Shown here piece by piece: positions 11,881 through 23,789 of a stretch of 52,449 nt of DNA. The position numbers were made by a program, and so were the translations under genes. The DNA comes from Octopus bimaculoides (Eukaryota): assembly GCF_001194135.2 (NCBI RefSeq), contig NC_069008.1, positions 10,027,660-10,080,108 of the forward strand, given 5' to 3'. Every line of letters begins with the position of its first letter. Position 1 is the first letter of the stretch. Below the pieces are notes generated by a model. The model saw only the letters and a list, made by a program, of their open reading frames with translations, was not told where the DNA came from and made no database searches.

Positions 11881-12739
11881 CTTTTGGAGCTCTGTGGTCA
11901 ATATTGAAATGAGGAGAATGAAAAATTTGAACATTCAAACTTTTTGTTTTTATTTCCAGTTAGAATAAAAGTCTGACATGTATCTCAATTGCACCAATTG
12001 CATATTTATGCATTATTGGTATGATCCCTTCAGGGCAAATAAATTTGACATCGTTTGAAGAGAAATTTTCTTCCTCAGTTAGTTTGAATTAGATTTGGTA
12101 GCATGAGCAAACTCTGAACATTCCTCAATAAGATGTTTTCCTTGACATTTTACTTTGAGAAATTCGATATCATATCCCTCCTTTACTTTACATATATGTG
12201 CATTTAATTATATATATATAAAATTAAATACACAACTGAAAGCGCTACTAATAGTTTCATGTTATTATGGTACTCGAATAACAGAAAATATGTCAAAGTC
12301 TGTGAAACAGGAACTCAATCCAGAGTGGGTGGTGCCTTCCAATTCAATAAAAGAAATCTGTCCATGTATCAACACCGGCTATAAATTTCAAATCTGAAAT
12401 TAAGCTGTGTGTTGGATCAAAGAATATGAGATCTATGCATAAGTTGCATTTCTTAGATTCATTAACATACAACTTGGATTTAGTTACATTGATTTATATC
12501 AATTGAAAAGAAAAATTACATTGGGTTATGTGAGGCCGAATTCAAAAGACATTATGCAAACGACCTGTCTGTTTTCAGGCACATCCCCATGGTATTTGAA
12601 CTGAGGATATAAATCAATGCAACTAAATGCCTGCAAGTATGTATGTAGTGTGGAGTTGCTCTTCAAGTTCCATACATGGCTAGCCAACTTAGTTGCATTA
12701 CTGTTATCGATGTACCAGAAAAAGATAGGTGGCTTGCAT

Positions 12740-13970
12740 AGCTGAGAGCTCCTCTATGCTGATGACCTTGTTCTTATAGCTACCAGAACTACAGAAGAAA
12801 TTTCAGGTATGGAAGCAAGGTCTAGAATCAAAGGGCCCTAGAGTTAATCTGCCAAAAACCAAAATCTTAGTAAGAGAATAAACAAATCACAAATGCCTTC
12901 AGGTAGATGGCCCTGCTTGATCTGTAGAAAAGGTATAGGTAGAAACTCCATAACATGCATCCAGTGTAAGATATAGACTCATAAGAGGTGCAGGAATATC
13001 AGAGGAAGGTTTACAGGGACAATAGTTTTTGTGTGTGGTAGGTGCACCAGTACAATTAATACAAAAAAAAAAAAAAAACAGAAAATAGACTCCATCAAAT
13101 GCCAGGGGGAAAACTAGAATAGCTGCTAGAATAAAAATAGGCTGGGTAAATTTCAGAGAGCTCCTACTTCTGCTGGTAACAAAGGGCCGCTCACTCAGAC
13201 TAAAAGGCAGACTATATGATGCTTGTGTGTGAACAGCCATGCTGAGGACATGTGTAGGCTTGAAAGAAGTGGAGCCAGTATACTTCGCTGAATGTGTAAT
13301 GTCAGTGTGCATGCACGATAGAGTGTAAGCATCCTGAGAGAAAAGTTGGGCATAAGAGGCATCAGATGTGGTGTGCAAGGGAGATGACTGTACTTTATGG
13401 TCATGTGATGTATATGGATGAGGACAGCTGTGTGTAGAAGGGCCACATTCTAACTGTGGAGGAAACCTATGGAAGAGGTAGACTCAGGAAGACATGGGAT
13501 GAGGTGGTGAAGCATGATCTTTGAACTATTGGCCTCGTGGAGGCAATGACAAATGATCGAGGCCTTTGGCAAGATGCTGTGCTTGAGAAGATCCATCAAG
13601 CCAAGTGAAATCATAGTCATGGCCAATGCCAGTGTCGCGTAACTGGCACATAAAAATCACCCCTCAAACGTTGGGTAATATGCTGTGCTGTCAAGCCAAG
13701 TGAAATCACAGCTGTGGCTGATGCCAGTAGCCAGTTGACTGGCACCCATGCCAATGGCACATAAAATGCATTGTTTGAGTGTGTGGCCAATGCCAGCGTC
13801 ATACCAATGGCGCTACATTGTTGGAGTGGTTAGCATTAGGAAGGGTTCCAGCTGTAGAAACCATGCCAAACCACATTGAAATAAGTGTAGCTCCCTGGCT
13901 TACCAGATTTCAATCAAGCAGTTCAACCCATGCCTGCATAGAAAACAGATGTTAAATGATGTTGATGATA
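12740..13970 (+). mobile_element. RTE LINE 3' fragment with complete 3' UTR and GAT-like tail
   Basis: ELLYADDLVL, WKQGLESKG, CLICRKG and GRLRKTWDEVVKHDL, followed by GGCAC units, the aggaagggttccagctgtagaaac domain and gatgttgatgat. Confidence 0.9.
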
Positions 13971-14689
13971 TATATGTATGTATATACGAATGTGTAAATG
14001 TATGTATGTATTTATGTATTCTTCAGATTGAGTTCGCATATTAAAAATTATCCATATAGTAACAATTTATATGTGTGAGTGTATGTATATTTATACATTT
14101 TTATTATTACATGCACAAATGTGTGTGTTTGTGTGTGTGTGTGTGTGTGTGAAGGTATATTCAGTTTAATTGAACACTATTGCATTTCTCGAAAAGCTAT
14201 CTTTTCATGTAAAAAATGGAATTGTTTTCCAATTACACAGTAGTCTGGTTTGTGTCTAATGTAATATTATTGATAGGTTCTCAAGTCAATAACTGTAGAA
14301 TATTTACTAATTGAAGTATGCAAATGATATATATCTTATTCAGGCATATTAAATAAGAACAATGGAATAAGTAAATGTGAATACATTTTTTCCCTTTGAA
14401 ACTATTATAGAACATAATATATTGTTTAATATTGTTAAACCTCTTTAGTTCTTAAAATCATTTGAAAGTGAATAAAAACTTGAGTGTTCAAGAGTAAACT
14501 AGTCATGGAAATAAAGCCATTCTTCTAATTTATGGCAATTGGAGTATTTTGGTGAAAACTCACACATCCAATTATTGGAACTACATTACAAGCATTGGTT
14601 AAGAATTGATATTAGGAATAACAATAAGTCCTGGTTTATATGTTATTAGATCTATACTCATAAACTTGGCAAGACTAAATATTTTCAAG

Positions 14690-15820
14690 TCAGCATTTCA
14701 GGTACTCTGTGTTATTGGTTATATTATCAATACGAATAAAGAGATTATGATAGGTGATGGGGTTTTGTTACTCTTGAGCATCCTTTATTGCCATTATCAA
14801 AGTAGTAGTCCTGAAAATGCAGTCCCACAAATGTCAGTGTTTCCCCTGGGATTCATTGATTGATAGACCAAAGTTTAGGTATTCTGGAGACTGAAGTCTT
14901 CTTTTGAAAGGGCACATCTGAAATTCTGAGTATAATTGCATCCTCTCTATTGTTGCACCCATTGATAATGTGTCTTCTTAACTGTTTATTATGTTTTGTA
15001 CCACTGCATAGTTGTGGATGCTCTAAATTGTGCAGCAGCATGATTGGTGTTCCTTTTTTAACTACAGTCTGTGTGGAGGTAGACCTAAACGTTCCAATAT
15101 ATTTTAAAATTTTGTAAGATAATGAGCTATTTCTCCCTCATGCAACAGCCGTGTCTATTGATTTATTGTGCCTGCAACAGCTGCCGGTTAATATTTGTAG
15201 ACTCAAAAATTTCACACAGCCACTCATGAGTTAATTAAAGTTGTTGCAGTTTGAAGAACACCTACATCAATTTGTTTGCTGTCTTAACTAATGCATTCAT
15301 AGGAACTCCATTACTGCCACAAGGAAATTCTCCTTCTCCAACTTATGATAGATTTGTGACAAAATAACTGAACAGCTGACCTCCTAAAATATTAATTACA
15401 TGTTTGTAGAAAGCTCGAAGGTTTTAATTTTGGTTCAAAGCAATGACAATTTAAGGCAGCCTTTCCTCCCATTTGAGACCTATTGTTATGCAATATTCTA
15501 CTTTGGGTCTCCAAATTTCTCTTCTGAATCATTGTCTATTCTTTGCAGATAATCATTTGGCATCTATTAAGAATTTGTCTGATTCCTGAAATCTTAGCAA
15601 TGTTGCAAATAGGCACATCATATGTACCCAAGTGAGTTAGAAAACAGAATACGTTGTCCAGCTCCCAGGAAGGAGTGTGAGAGCAATACTTGAAGAAACA
15701 ACTGCAATAGATTTTCTAATGGATTTTGGCAAAGAAAAGACTGACCAGGAATGGATTTCCAGTTCCTCTATAAACATCAGGGAAGCAAATTCCAGCTTCT
15801 TGTTGCCAAACATCATCAAA
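14690..15820 (-). mobile_element. Helitron PIF1-like helicase relic
   Basis: The minus frames give IAVVSSSIALTLLPGSWTTYSVF, PICNIAKISG..CQMIICKE, LPPHRL*LKKGTPIMLLHNLEHPQLCSGT and GCSRV, colinear with Helitron RepHel helicase. Confidence 0.85.
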
Positions 15821-15949
15821 AATAGCAGAATAGATAACCCTTGATTTGCAGTGTGTGTGAGGTTTTTCTGTCAAAGACATATGCTATTAATGTGTCAACA
15901 TTATATGGTGCTTCTTTCTGTTGTTTGATTATTGATTCAGGGTAGTTGA

Positions 15950-16250
15950 TATGTTGTCATCATTTAACATCCATTCTCTTTGCTGGCATAGGTTGGATGG
16001 TTCAGCAGGAGCTAGCCAACTGGAGAGCTGTCAGAGGCTCCATTTGTCTATGGCTGGATGTCCTTCCTAACACCAACAACTTTACAGTGTGTACTAGGTG
16101 CTTTTAACATGGCACTGACATGAGCACTTTTACATGGCACCAACATAGGTGCTTTTATGCAGCACTGGCACAGGTGTTTTTACTTGGAACTGGCATAGGC
16201 ACTTTTACATGGCACTGGCACAGGTGCTTTTATATGTCCCCAGCACAAAT
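15950..16250 (-). mobile_element. RTE-type 3' terminal module with upstream 25-bp tandem array
   Basis: The reverse complement has ttaggaaggacatccagccatag and a gatg tail; the array lies at 16096-16246. Confidence 0.7.
16096..16246. repeat. Tandem array of a ~25-bp unit (6 copies)
   Basis: The consensus aggtgcttttacatggcactggcac is repeated six times with substitutions. Confidence 0.85.
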
Positions 16251-17597
16251 GCTGAAATTCACTTTCCATAGATGACAACAATTACACTAAGCAGTTAATC
16301 AAACCAAAATGTGTGCAAACCCTCATTTTCTATAGTATCATATGTAAAAGATTACATTGGACATGACCAAAATTTGAACTCACATCCACAAAATTTGAAC
16401 TCACATCCACAAATTTTGACTCACCACTTGAATTAATTAAAAGAAGTTAGTGTGACATATGTAGCAGAAAAATTAGAAATATCTCTATATTAAGTCTTTT
16501 GCTAAAGCTGTTACCTAGCTAAACAGCAAGAGAGAGAAATAGGGAGGGATGGGGGGGGGGAGATGTGAAATAGCTAAGATTTCAATAAGGAGAGAACAAT
16601 AAAACACAATAGTTACATTAAAAAAAAATAGAGGGACACACACAAGCTTTCTGATATGTATAAAAGATATATAAGTATACATACACATACATATAAGAAC
16701 AAATATATTTGTCATGTGAGTGTGTGTGTGCATGTGCGTGTGTGTATACATACATACATATATATATATACAAGTAATACCATCCATTATTGTAAATACA
16801 TCGTAATCACAAGTTTCATGTTCAATTAAAGAATTAATTGAGCTACAACTAGGCAAATTACCTTAACCAACATTTTTGAATTAGATATAATTGCTATATT
16901 TTGAATATTTCAATATTGTTGGGTAAAGTAATTTGTCTGATCATTGTCTGATCATTTAATATTTGAAATTCAGAATTGTGATTTAGTTTCTATAATTGAC
17001 ACTGAATTATCCCAGATACACACACACACACACACACACACTTATATACATATATGTGTGCTTGTGTGTACAAATACATATATATATACAAACACACACA
17101 TGTATAGATAGATATCACATACTAAGTTACCTATTTTTACTTGTGCAATCAACTTTTTACACACATACATACATGCATACACACACATGCATGCACACTA
17201 CTTTCATTCATTCCTTTATAAAGAATACTTAATTATCGTTGCTAAAACCAGGCAGCTGGTGCAAAAGAATTGTTTTTTTAATCCTAGATTCCTTTTCCTT
17301 CCTGCAGAAATTTTCAGTTCATTTTTATAAAACTCACAGAGTGGATCAATAATCTTGCTGCTAGAACTGCCCTCAAAGGAACCCAGAATTTGAAAATAAG
17401 CACATCCTTTCTCCCAGCATGCATAGATATTTTGACAAATATTTATCCTGTGTTATCAAACTGTTTTATCTTGTATCCTCTAGATTCAGGTCACAGCTTT
17501 GAATTTTCTAACTGTTATTAACTTATTATAAGCTATAATAACTATATCTCAACTTGGGTAAAATTAAGATGAATTCTTTAAAATATGTATCTCTAAG

Positions 17598-17634
<37 letters not shown>

Positions 17635-17744
17635 CATAGATAGATTTGTCACTGTTGGATGTCGCTCGTGGATTTCAAAGCCCTTGTTAGAGATATACCT
17701 GCCCAACTTATATTACTGAACTTCATCTGCCTGCCTGCCCTCCT

Positions 17745-18184
17745 GTTCAAATCCCAAAACCGCCATATCTGAGCCCTTATTGATGTATTTACATCCATAT
17801 TTAATTCATTTTTATAGAGTTGCATGACTCAACATTAATATGAGCCTGCAGTGTTTTAGACATCAATGGATTGTAGGGCACGATCCACCTGTTGTCAATT
17901 TCCATCCCTTGACCATTAACTTTGAGCTTGGTAGTGTTTAGGGTGATCAAAAGAAAATGAATTGGTTATTTTCCTTGGCTAGGAAGATGAATGGGTTATT
18001 TCCCTTGGCTGTTAAAGGAAAATATATTGGTTATATATGTGGACCCCTTCTAGCCATCCAATTATAGATTTTTATTAAACTTCAAGGAGCCTAGTAACAA
18101 ACTGGATGTTACTTTGACATGTTTGCAAAGTTTCATGAAAATTCATTTACAGATGTAGACGGCAACTTGACACAAACTTGCATT

Positions 18185-18192
<8 letters not shown>
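17745..18192 (-). mobile_element. Helitron Rep-domain relic plus putative 5' terminus
   Basis: The minus frame reads EIDNRWIVPYNPLMSKTLQAHINVESCNSIK..CKYINKGSDMAV, a Helitron Rep motif. The strand and order match the helicase relic at 14690-15820. Confidence 0.8.
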
Positions 18193-18218
<26 letters not shown>

Positions 18219-18349
18219 TGTATATATATATCAGTGTTTCTCAACCTTTTTACCCTTGCATAACCCTTTAAAATATATTACATGTCTCAAGGAACCCCTG
18301 CACAAAAAAAAATTATATACCATATCTTTCTTATATTTTTTCATCATCT

Positions 18350-20420
18350 CATTCGTGGGTGATTTCTACCAGCAAAGGTTGGGAGTGGCCATGGGAACGA
18401 GAATGGGCCCCAACTATGCGAACCTGTTCATTGGCTATTCTCAAGTTTCACTGGTCCTACTCACGAACTATATGGCCGTTATATTGACGTCTGTATCGGT
18501 GCTACCTCACTCTCCTGTGAACATCTTGACTTGTTCCTCTCTTTTGTCAAATCCTTCCATCCTGCCCTCCACTTCTCCTGCACTATCTCTGACACCTCTG
18601 TCCCCTTTCTTGACATTTCGGTCAGCTTTCATCACTCCACTCTTACCACCTCCATCCACTACAAACACACAGACTCACACTCTTATCTTAACTTCTCCTC
18701 CTCTCACCCTAAACACACCAAGCTTTCCATCCCCTATTCCCAATTCCTCCGTCTATGCAGGCTCTGTAGTGACAACCATGACTTTGAAACTCAGTCTCAA
18801 CTCATGGCTCGCCACTTCATCCTACTGGGATATCCCCTCACCACCATCCACATCACCTTTGCCAGAGCACGTTCCATGGACCGTGCATCTGCTTTCTTCC
18901 CCTGAACCTGCCCTGCTGTCTCCCACCTCCCTTTTCCTCTCACCTACCATCCCATCACCATACCTCTCCAACGCACCATTCTCCAAGCTTTCCAGTGCCT
19001 CCAGTCCAACCCCTCTACCTTACACGTCTTCCCTAACCGACCCCTCCCCTCCTTCAAATGAGCCCACAACCTACGAGACCTCTTGGTCCACAGCTTCTTC
19101 CCCAACCCAACCTCCTAACCTGGCTCATTCCCTTGCTCCCACCCACACTGCCGCACTTACTCTTACCTCTCCAACACCACCCTCCTCACCGGCACCCATC
19201 ATCAACCCTTTCACATCACTGACTTCTTCACCTGCACTTCTACCAACATCATCTATTGCATCTCCTGCTCTCTCTGTCATTCTCTGTACGTCGGACAAAC
19301 AGGGCACTGCCCGGCCGAACGNNNNNNNNNNNNNNNNNNNNNNNNNNNNNNNNNNNNNNNNNNNNNNNNNNNNNNNNNNNNNNNNNNNNNNNNNNNNNNN
19401 NNNNNNNNNNNNNNNNNNNNNNNNNNNNNNNNNNNNNNNNNNNNNNNNNNNNNNNNNNNNNNNNNNNNNNNNNNNNNNNNNNNNNNNNNNNNNNNNNNNN
19501 NNNNNNNNNNNNNNNNNNNNNNNNNNNNNNNNNNNNNNNNNNNNNNNNNNNNNNNNNNNNNNNNNNNNNNNNNNNNNNNNNNNNNNNNNNNNNNNNNNNN
19601 NNNNNNNNNNNNNNNNNNNNNNNNNNNNNNNNNNNNNNNNNNNNNNNNNNNNNNNNNNNNNNNNNNNNNNNNNNNNNNNNNNNNNNNNNNNNNNNNNNNN
19701 NNNNNNNNNNNNNNNNNNNNNNNNNNNNNNNNNNNNNNNNNNNNNNNNNNNNNNNNNNNNNNNNNNNNNNNNNNNNNNNNNNNNNNNNNNNNNNNNNNNN
19801 NNNNNNNNNNNNNNNNNNNNNNNNNNNNNNNNNNNNNNNNNNNNNNNNNNNNNNNNNNNNNNNNNNNNNNNNNNNNNNNNNNNNNNNNNNNNNNNNNNNN
19901 NNNNNNNACATACTCCTACCTCTACCCCTACCCTCAGCCCAACCCACACTCCACCCATGCTTTCCCCACTCTCGCCTCCTCCACCTCCCAACACCCTCAC
20001 ATCACACCACGCTACACCACATCACACAACACATCACTTCGCACACACTAGCACTGACCAATTCCCTTCTCCACATTTTCACACCTACATACACACATGC
20101 ATATGTTAAGATCACCAGCATTCTCTCACACACACGCTCCTTCTTGTCTTGGGTTCACCACTTCTTTGTTATCTCCCCTTTTTCTTAGCTCTCCTGTGTG
20201 ATCCTTCTGTACGGCATTCGCCATGATAGACTGCTGACCACTACATTTATATTTTTTTCTCTTCTTGTTTCTCTCCTTGTTTCTTTCTGTGTTCCTTTCA
20301 GTTGAAGAGCGTAGGCTCAAAACGTTAAAGACTTTCTCTATTCCTGAGCATTATACTAATACATCCATTTGTTGTTTACACCACCTGTCTTCGTCTGTTG
20401 TTTTTTTCGTAAATTCTCCT
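18350..20420 (+). mobile_element. Penelope-like element (Neptune-type: RT, Cys linker, C-terminal GIY-YIG, pLTR), pseudogenised and gapped
   Basis: GVAMGTRMGPNYANLF, RYIDV at 18477-18491 (YIDD decayed), YKHTDSHSYL..SSHP..IPYSQFLRL, PCSHPHCRT, IYCISCSLCHSLYVGQTG at 19251-19304, and a hammerhead-containing tail ending at (TA)n. Confidence 0.92.
20295..20330 (+). ncRNA. Degenerate hammerhead-like motif in the PLE terminal repeat
   Basis: CTTT-CAGTTGAA-GAGC(gtag)GCTC-AAAAC-GT-T-AAAG. Confidence 0.55.
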
Positions 20421-21139
20421 ATATATATATATATATATATATACATATTTGTTTTGCAAGATTTTTGATGTGAAATCGTGTGTTGAAACAGATGTTGTTG
20501 TACTTGGGGATGGTCATATTGCCAGTTTAGCCAATAAAAACACNNNNNNNNNNNNNNNNNNNNNNNNNNNNNNNNNNNNNNNNNNNNNNNNNNNNNNNNN
20601 NNNNNNNNNNNNNNNNNNNNNNNNNNNNNNNNNNNNNNNNNNNNNNNNNNNNNNNNNNNNNNNNNNNNNNNNNNNNNNNNNNNNNNNNNNNNNNNNNNNN
20701 NNNNNNNNNNNNNNNNNNNNNNNNNNNNNNNNNNNNNNNNNNNNNNNNNNNNNNNNNNNNNNNNNNNNNNNNNNNNNNNNNNNNNNNNNNNNNNNNNNNN
20801 NNNNNNNNNNNNNNNNNNNNNNNNNNNNNNNNNNNNNNNNNNNNNNNNNNNNNNNNNNNNNNNNNNNNNNNNNNNNNNNNNNNNNNNNNNNNNNNNNNNN
20901 NNNNNNNNNNNNNNNNNNNNNNNNNNNNNNNNNNNNNNNNNNNNNNNNNNNNNNNNNNNNNNNNNNNNNNNNNNNNNNNNNNNNNNNNNNNNNNNNNNNN
21001 NNNNNNNNNNNNNNNNNNNNNNNNNNNNNNNNNNNNNNNNNNATATATATATATATATAAGGTTGTTATAGTTTTGATAACATAACAGGTTAGATAGGAT
21101 GATGTCTATATTTCAATATTACAATAACCAATAATATTA

Positions 21140-21390
21140 CTATTCTGTTTTGGGGATGAGGAATTATGGACATTATTTACAATGGACGGATAGGTGTCCT
21201 CACCTTGTTTGCTCTTATCACAACATTTTGGCTCATGTACTCTCCAGCCTTTATCAGGTGTTCTAGTGGAATTTCAAACCCAACCCTTTATTTGACTAAT
21301 GAAGTACACTGTTCTCATTCCTAAGGTATGTTGCTGATGTTATTTTTCTCTTGATATTATTTTTCAAGTCCCTGCCTGGGATTGAACCAG
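21140..21390 (-). mobile_element. tRNA-headed hammerhead-bearing short element, copy 1 (B box retained, A box absent)
   Basis: The reverse complement begins GGTTCAATCCC (21388-21378), then the body with a hammerhead-like motif at 21260-21219: CAC-CTGATAAA-GGCTG(10 nt)GAGCC-AAAAT-GT-T-GTG. Confidence 0.7.
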
Positions 21391-21451
21391 TATTAAGAAA
21401 AGATACAATACTAGGTTTATAAGCCCTAAAATTCACTCTATAATTGCCTAC

Positions 21452-21699
21452 AGGCATATAGCATAGTGGATAAGAGCATGGGCTACTAATCCTCAGATTC
21501 TAAAACTTGAAAAATAATATCAACAGAAAAATAACGTCAGTAGCATGCCTTAAGAATAAGAACAGTGTACCTCATTAATCAAATAAAAGGTTGGGTTCGA
21601 AATTCCACCAGGACACCTGATGAAGACTGGAGAGTACATCAGCTGAAATGTTGTGATAGCAACAAACAAGGTGAGGACACCTATCCATCCATTGTAAAT
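21452..21699 (+). mobile_element. tRNA-headed hammerhead-bearing short element, copy 2 (A box and anticodon-like arm retained, B box absent)
   Basis: TAGCATAGTGG A box at 21459-21469 and a gggctactaatcc arm; body 21505-21699 is the inverted repeat of 21175-21369. Confidence 0.7.
21614..21655 (+). ncRNA. Minimal type I hammerhead-like motif
   Basis: CAC-CTGATGA-A-GACTG(gagagtacat)CAGCT-GAAAT-GT-T-GTG. Confidence 0.65.
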
Positions 21700-21833
21700 C
21701 ATGAACCAATAATATGTTGTACATGTATAGTAATATTACAATCGTGCTCGCAGAACCCCTAGGAACATTTTGCGGAACCCTAGCATTCAAGGGAACTCCG
21801 ATTGAGAAATACTGATATATATGTATGTATAAG

Positions 21834-21888
<55 letters not shown>

Positions 21889-22057
21889 NNNNNNNNNNTA
21901 TATATAGAGAGAGAGAGAAATAATACATTTCTAAATCTCTCTGAGAGATTCAGAAATGTATTATTTCTATTTTTGAAGTCAGTGAATGTGTTTCACTAGA
22001 ATTATTATATGTTTACGAGAGCTTAACAGGCATCTCCAACTAGCAGGCCATTGCTAC

Positions 22058-22100
22058 TCCAGACTGATGACGAGCAAAGACTCAGAAACATGTCTCTGGA
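22058..22100 (+). ncRNA. Near-canonical minimal type I hammerhead ribozyme candidate with GUC cleavage triplet
   Basis: TCCAGA-CTGATGA-cGAG(caaaga)CTCa-GAAAC-AT-GTC-TCTGGA: 6-bp stem I, intact CUGAUGA and GAAA, palindromic ACATGT stem III, and a C/A mismatch at the base of stem II. Confidence 0.7.
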
Positions 22101-22284
22101 TGCTGGCTAGGCTAGGTAGAGGAGTTTGTCTCCCCCTTGCAAACATAAGGACACAGGAAATGTGTCAAGACCGACAGGAAGTGGTGCTGCTTCCTACGGC
22201 TAAATAGCAGTAGTATTATTCCCTTCATGGGACTGTCGCATTAGGTTGACAGCATACAACTACTTTATACATAATGTATACATC

Positions 22285-23090
22285 CTGTATACATAATGCA
22301 GCTTTTTCAATTGCATGAACTAAAAGTCAGACGGGATAAAAGCAGGTAGTAATTTTACCTTGTCCTTATTCTTAATGCAAGTTTTGAAGAGTGCAGTTCG
22401 ATTTTAACAGTTATTTTTGGAAAGTTATAGTGGAAGTGTCAAAGGACCATATGCAGCATATTTTGCTCTATGAGTTCAATAAAGGCAACAATGCAACGGA
22501 ATGTGCAAGAAATATTAATGCAGTATCTGAGGATTGGACAATAAGTGTAAGCCAATGTTAATGGTGGTTCCAGAGATTCTGCTCCGGAAACTACAGCCTA
22601 GAAGACGATCCTCATCCTGAAAGATCTGTAGAGCTCAATGAAGACATCCTGCAAACCCTGGTGGAACAAAACCCCATTGCAACTGTTGAGGAACTAGCAG
22701 AAAAGCTTACATTTGTTCATTCAACCATTCATCTACATCTGCATACTACCAGGACAGTCAGCAAATTGGGTGAATGGATTCCTCACAAACTTTCCAAGTC
22801 TAATTGCACACAGAGAGTGAATGTGTGCTCTTCTCTGATGTCATGCCTCATGAACGAACTTTTTTTAACTACATACTGACTGGTGATGAGAAATAGGTTA
22901 TCTATCAAAATGTCAAGCGCCAAAGACTGTAGGTACGTAAAGGAGAAATACTGGCACCCCAGGCTAAAGAAGGTCTTCACCTATGTAAGATATTAACTGT
23001 TTGGTGAGATTTGGAAAGGTTTAGTCCACTTTGAACTTTTAAACCCAAACCAAATGATAACAAAGGAGATCTACTGCAAGATATTCACAT
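22285..23090 (+). mobile_element. Mariner transposon, 3'-truncated relic
   Basis: HILLYEFNKGNNATECARNI, WFQRFCSGNYSLED, WIPHKL (WVPHEL motif) and ILTGDEK*. Confidence 0.9.
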
Positions 23091-23679
23091 GTTATCCATT
23101 ACCCACTATAACAATCTATAAACCCCTAACCCAGGCATAAAATAAAATAAAACTCAGTCAGCTGTGATGATTCTAAAATACAAGACATAAAAAACTTAAT
23201 GGTATATCTTTTTCCTACCCCTCTGAAGAGATTTTTCCTAATTGATTTTAAAAGAGATTTTAGTAATTGCTATTTAATCTTTAAGGCTTAACTGAAACTG
23301 CTGTAAGGGACTATGTTTGATTTTGCAGATAATAAATTTTTATTAAATGCTATATCGCCATTTACTTGCTTTCTTTTGAATGATTATAAACCACGATTTT
23401 TATGAAATTCTATTGTTTTATGAATATTATCATTCACAACAAATATTAGGTATTGAACCAGTAATTCATTGGATGATACCATTCCTTAATGATGGTAATT
23501 TAACCCTAATTTAACCTCTGATCAAAAGTATGTATGTATGTGTGTTTGTGTGTATGTATACATGTACATATATATGTGTGTGTGTATATATATATGTATA
23601 TCTATATGTGTATATATATGTGTATAACCTCTGATCGAAAGTATGTATGTATGTGTATGTACATATACATGTAAATATT

Positions 23680-23711
<32 letters not shown>

Positions 23712-23789
23712 TATATCTATATGCGTATATATATATGTGTATATGTATATATATATATGTGTGTGTGTATATATATGTGTGTGTATATA

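Larger units (their letters stand above)
18232..21814. mobile_element. hAT-like non-autonomous element carrying nested insertions
   Basis: TIRs cagtgtttctcaacc and gattgagaaatactg match 13/15; there is an 8-bp ATATATAT on both flanks and GGAACCC subterminal motifs at both ends. Two assembly gaps lie inside. Confidence 0.6.

Noticed and set aside
12478-12628. 23-bp inverted pair (also matching 11050-11072)
   Set aside because: It is explained by fragments of the same SINE in opposite orientations.
16368-16426. Short tandem duplications (also 23512-23656, 38545-38590, 42082-42112 and 47979-48045)
   Set aside because: They are ordinary slippage duplications with no further structure.
18900-19065. 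In-frame TGA codons in the PLE as possible selenocysteine (as in Naiad-type PLEs)
   Set aside because: The TGAs (18903-18905, 19059-19061) are not at GIY-YIG Cys positions and fit CGA>TGA decay; the endonuclease is C-terminal and the copy has other lesions.
18178-20109. 643-aa ORF in the track
   Set aside because: It is a chimera of microsatellite, hAT end, a short in-frame PLE RT stretch, an off-frame S/P/T-rich read-through and Ns.
21452-21500. tRNA genes (this head and all SINE heads)
   Set aside because: The cloverleaves are incomplete or degenerate and fused to repeat bodies; they are SINE heads, not tRNA genes.
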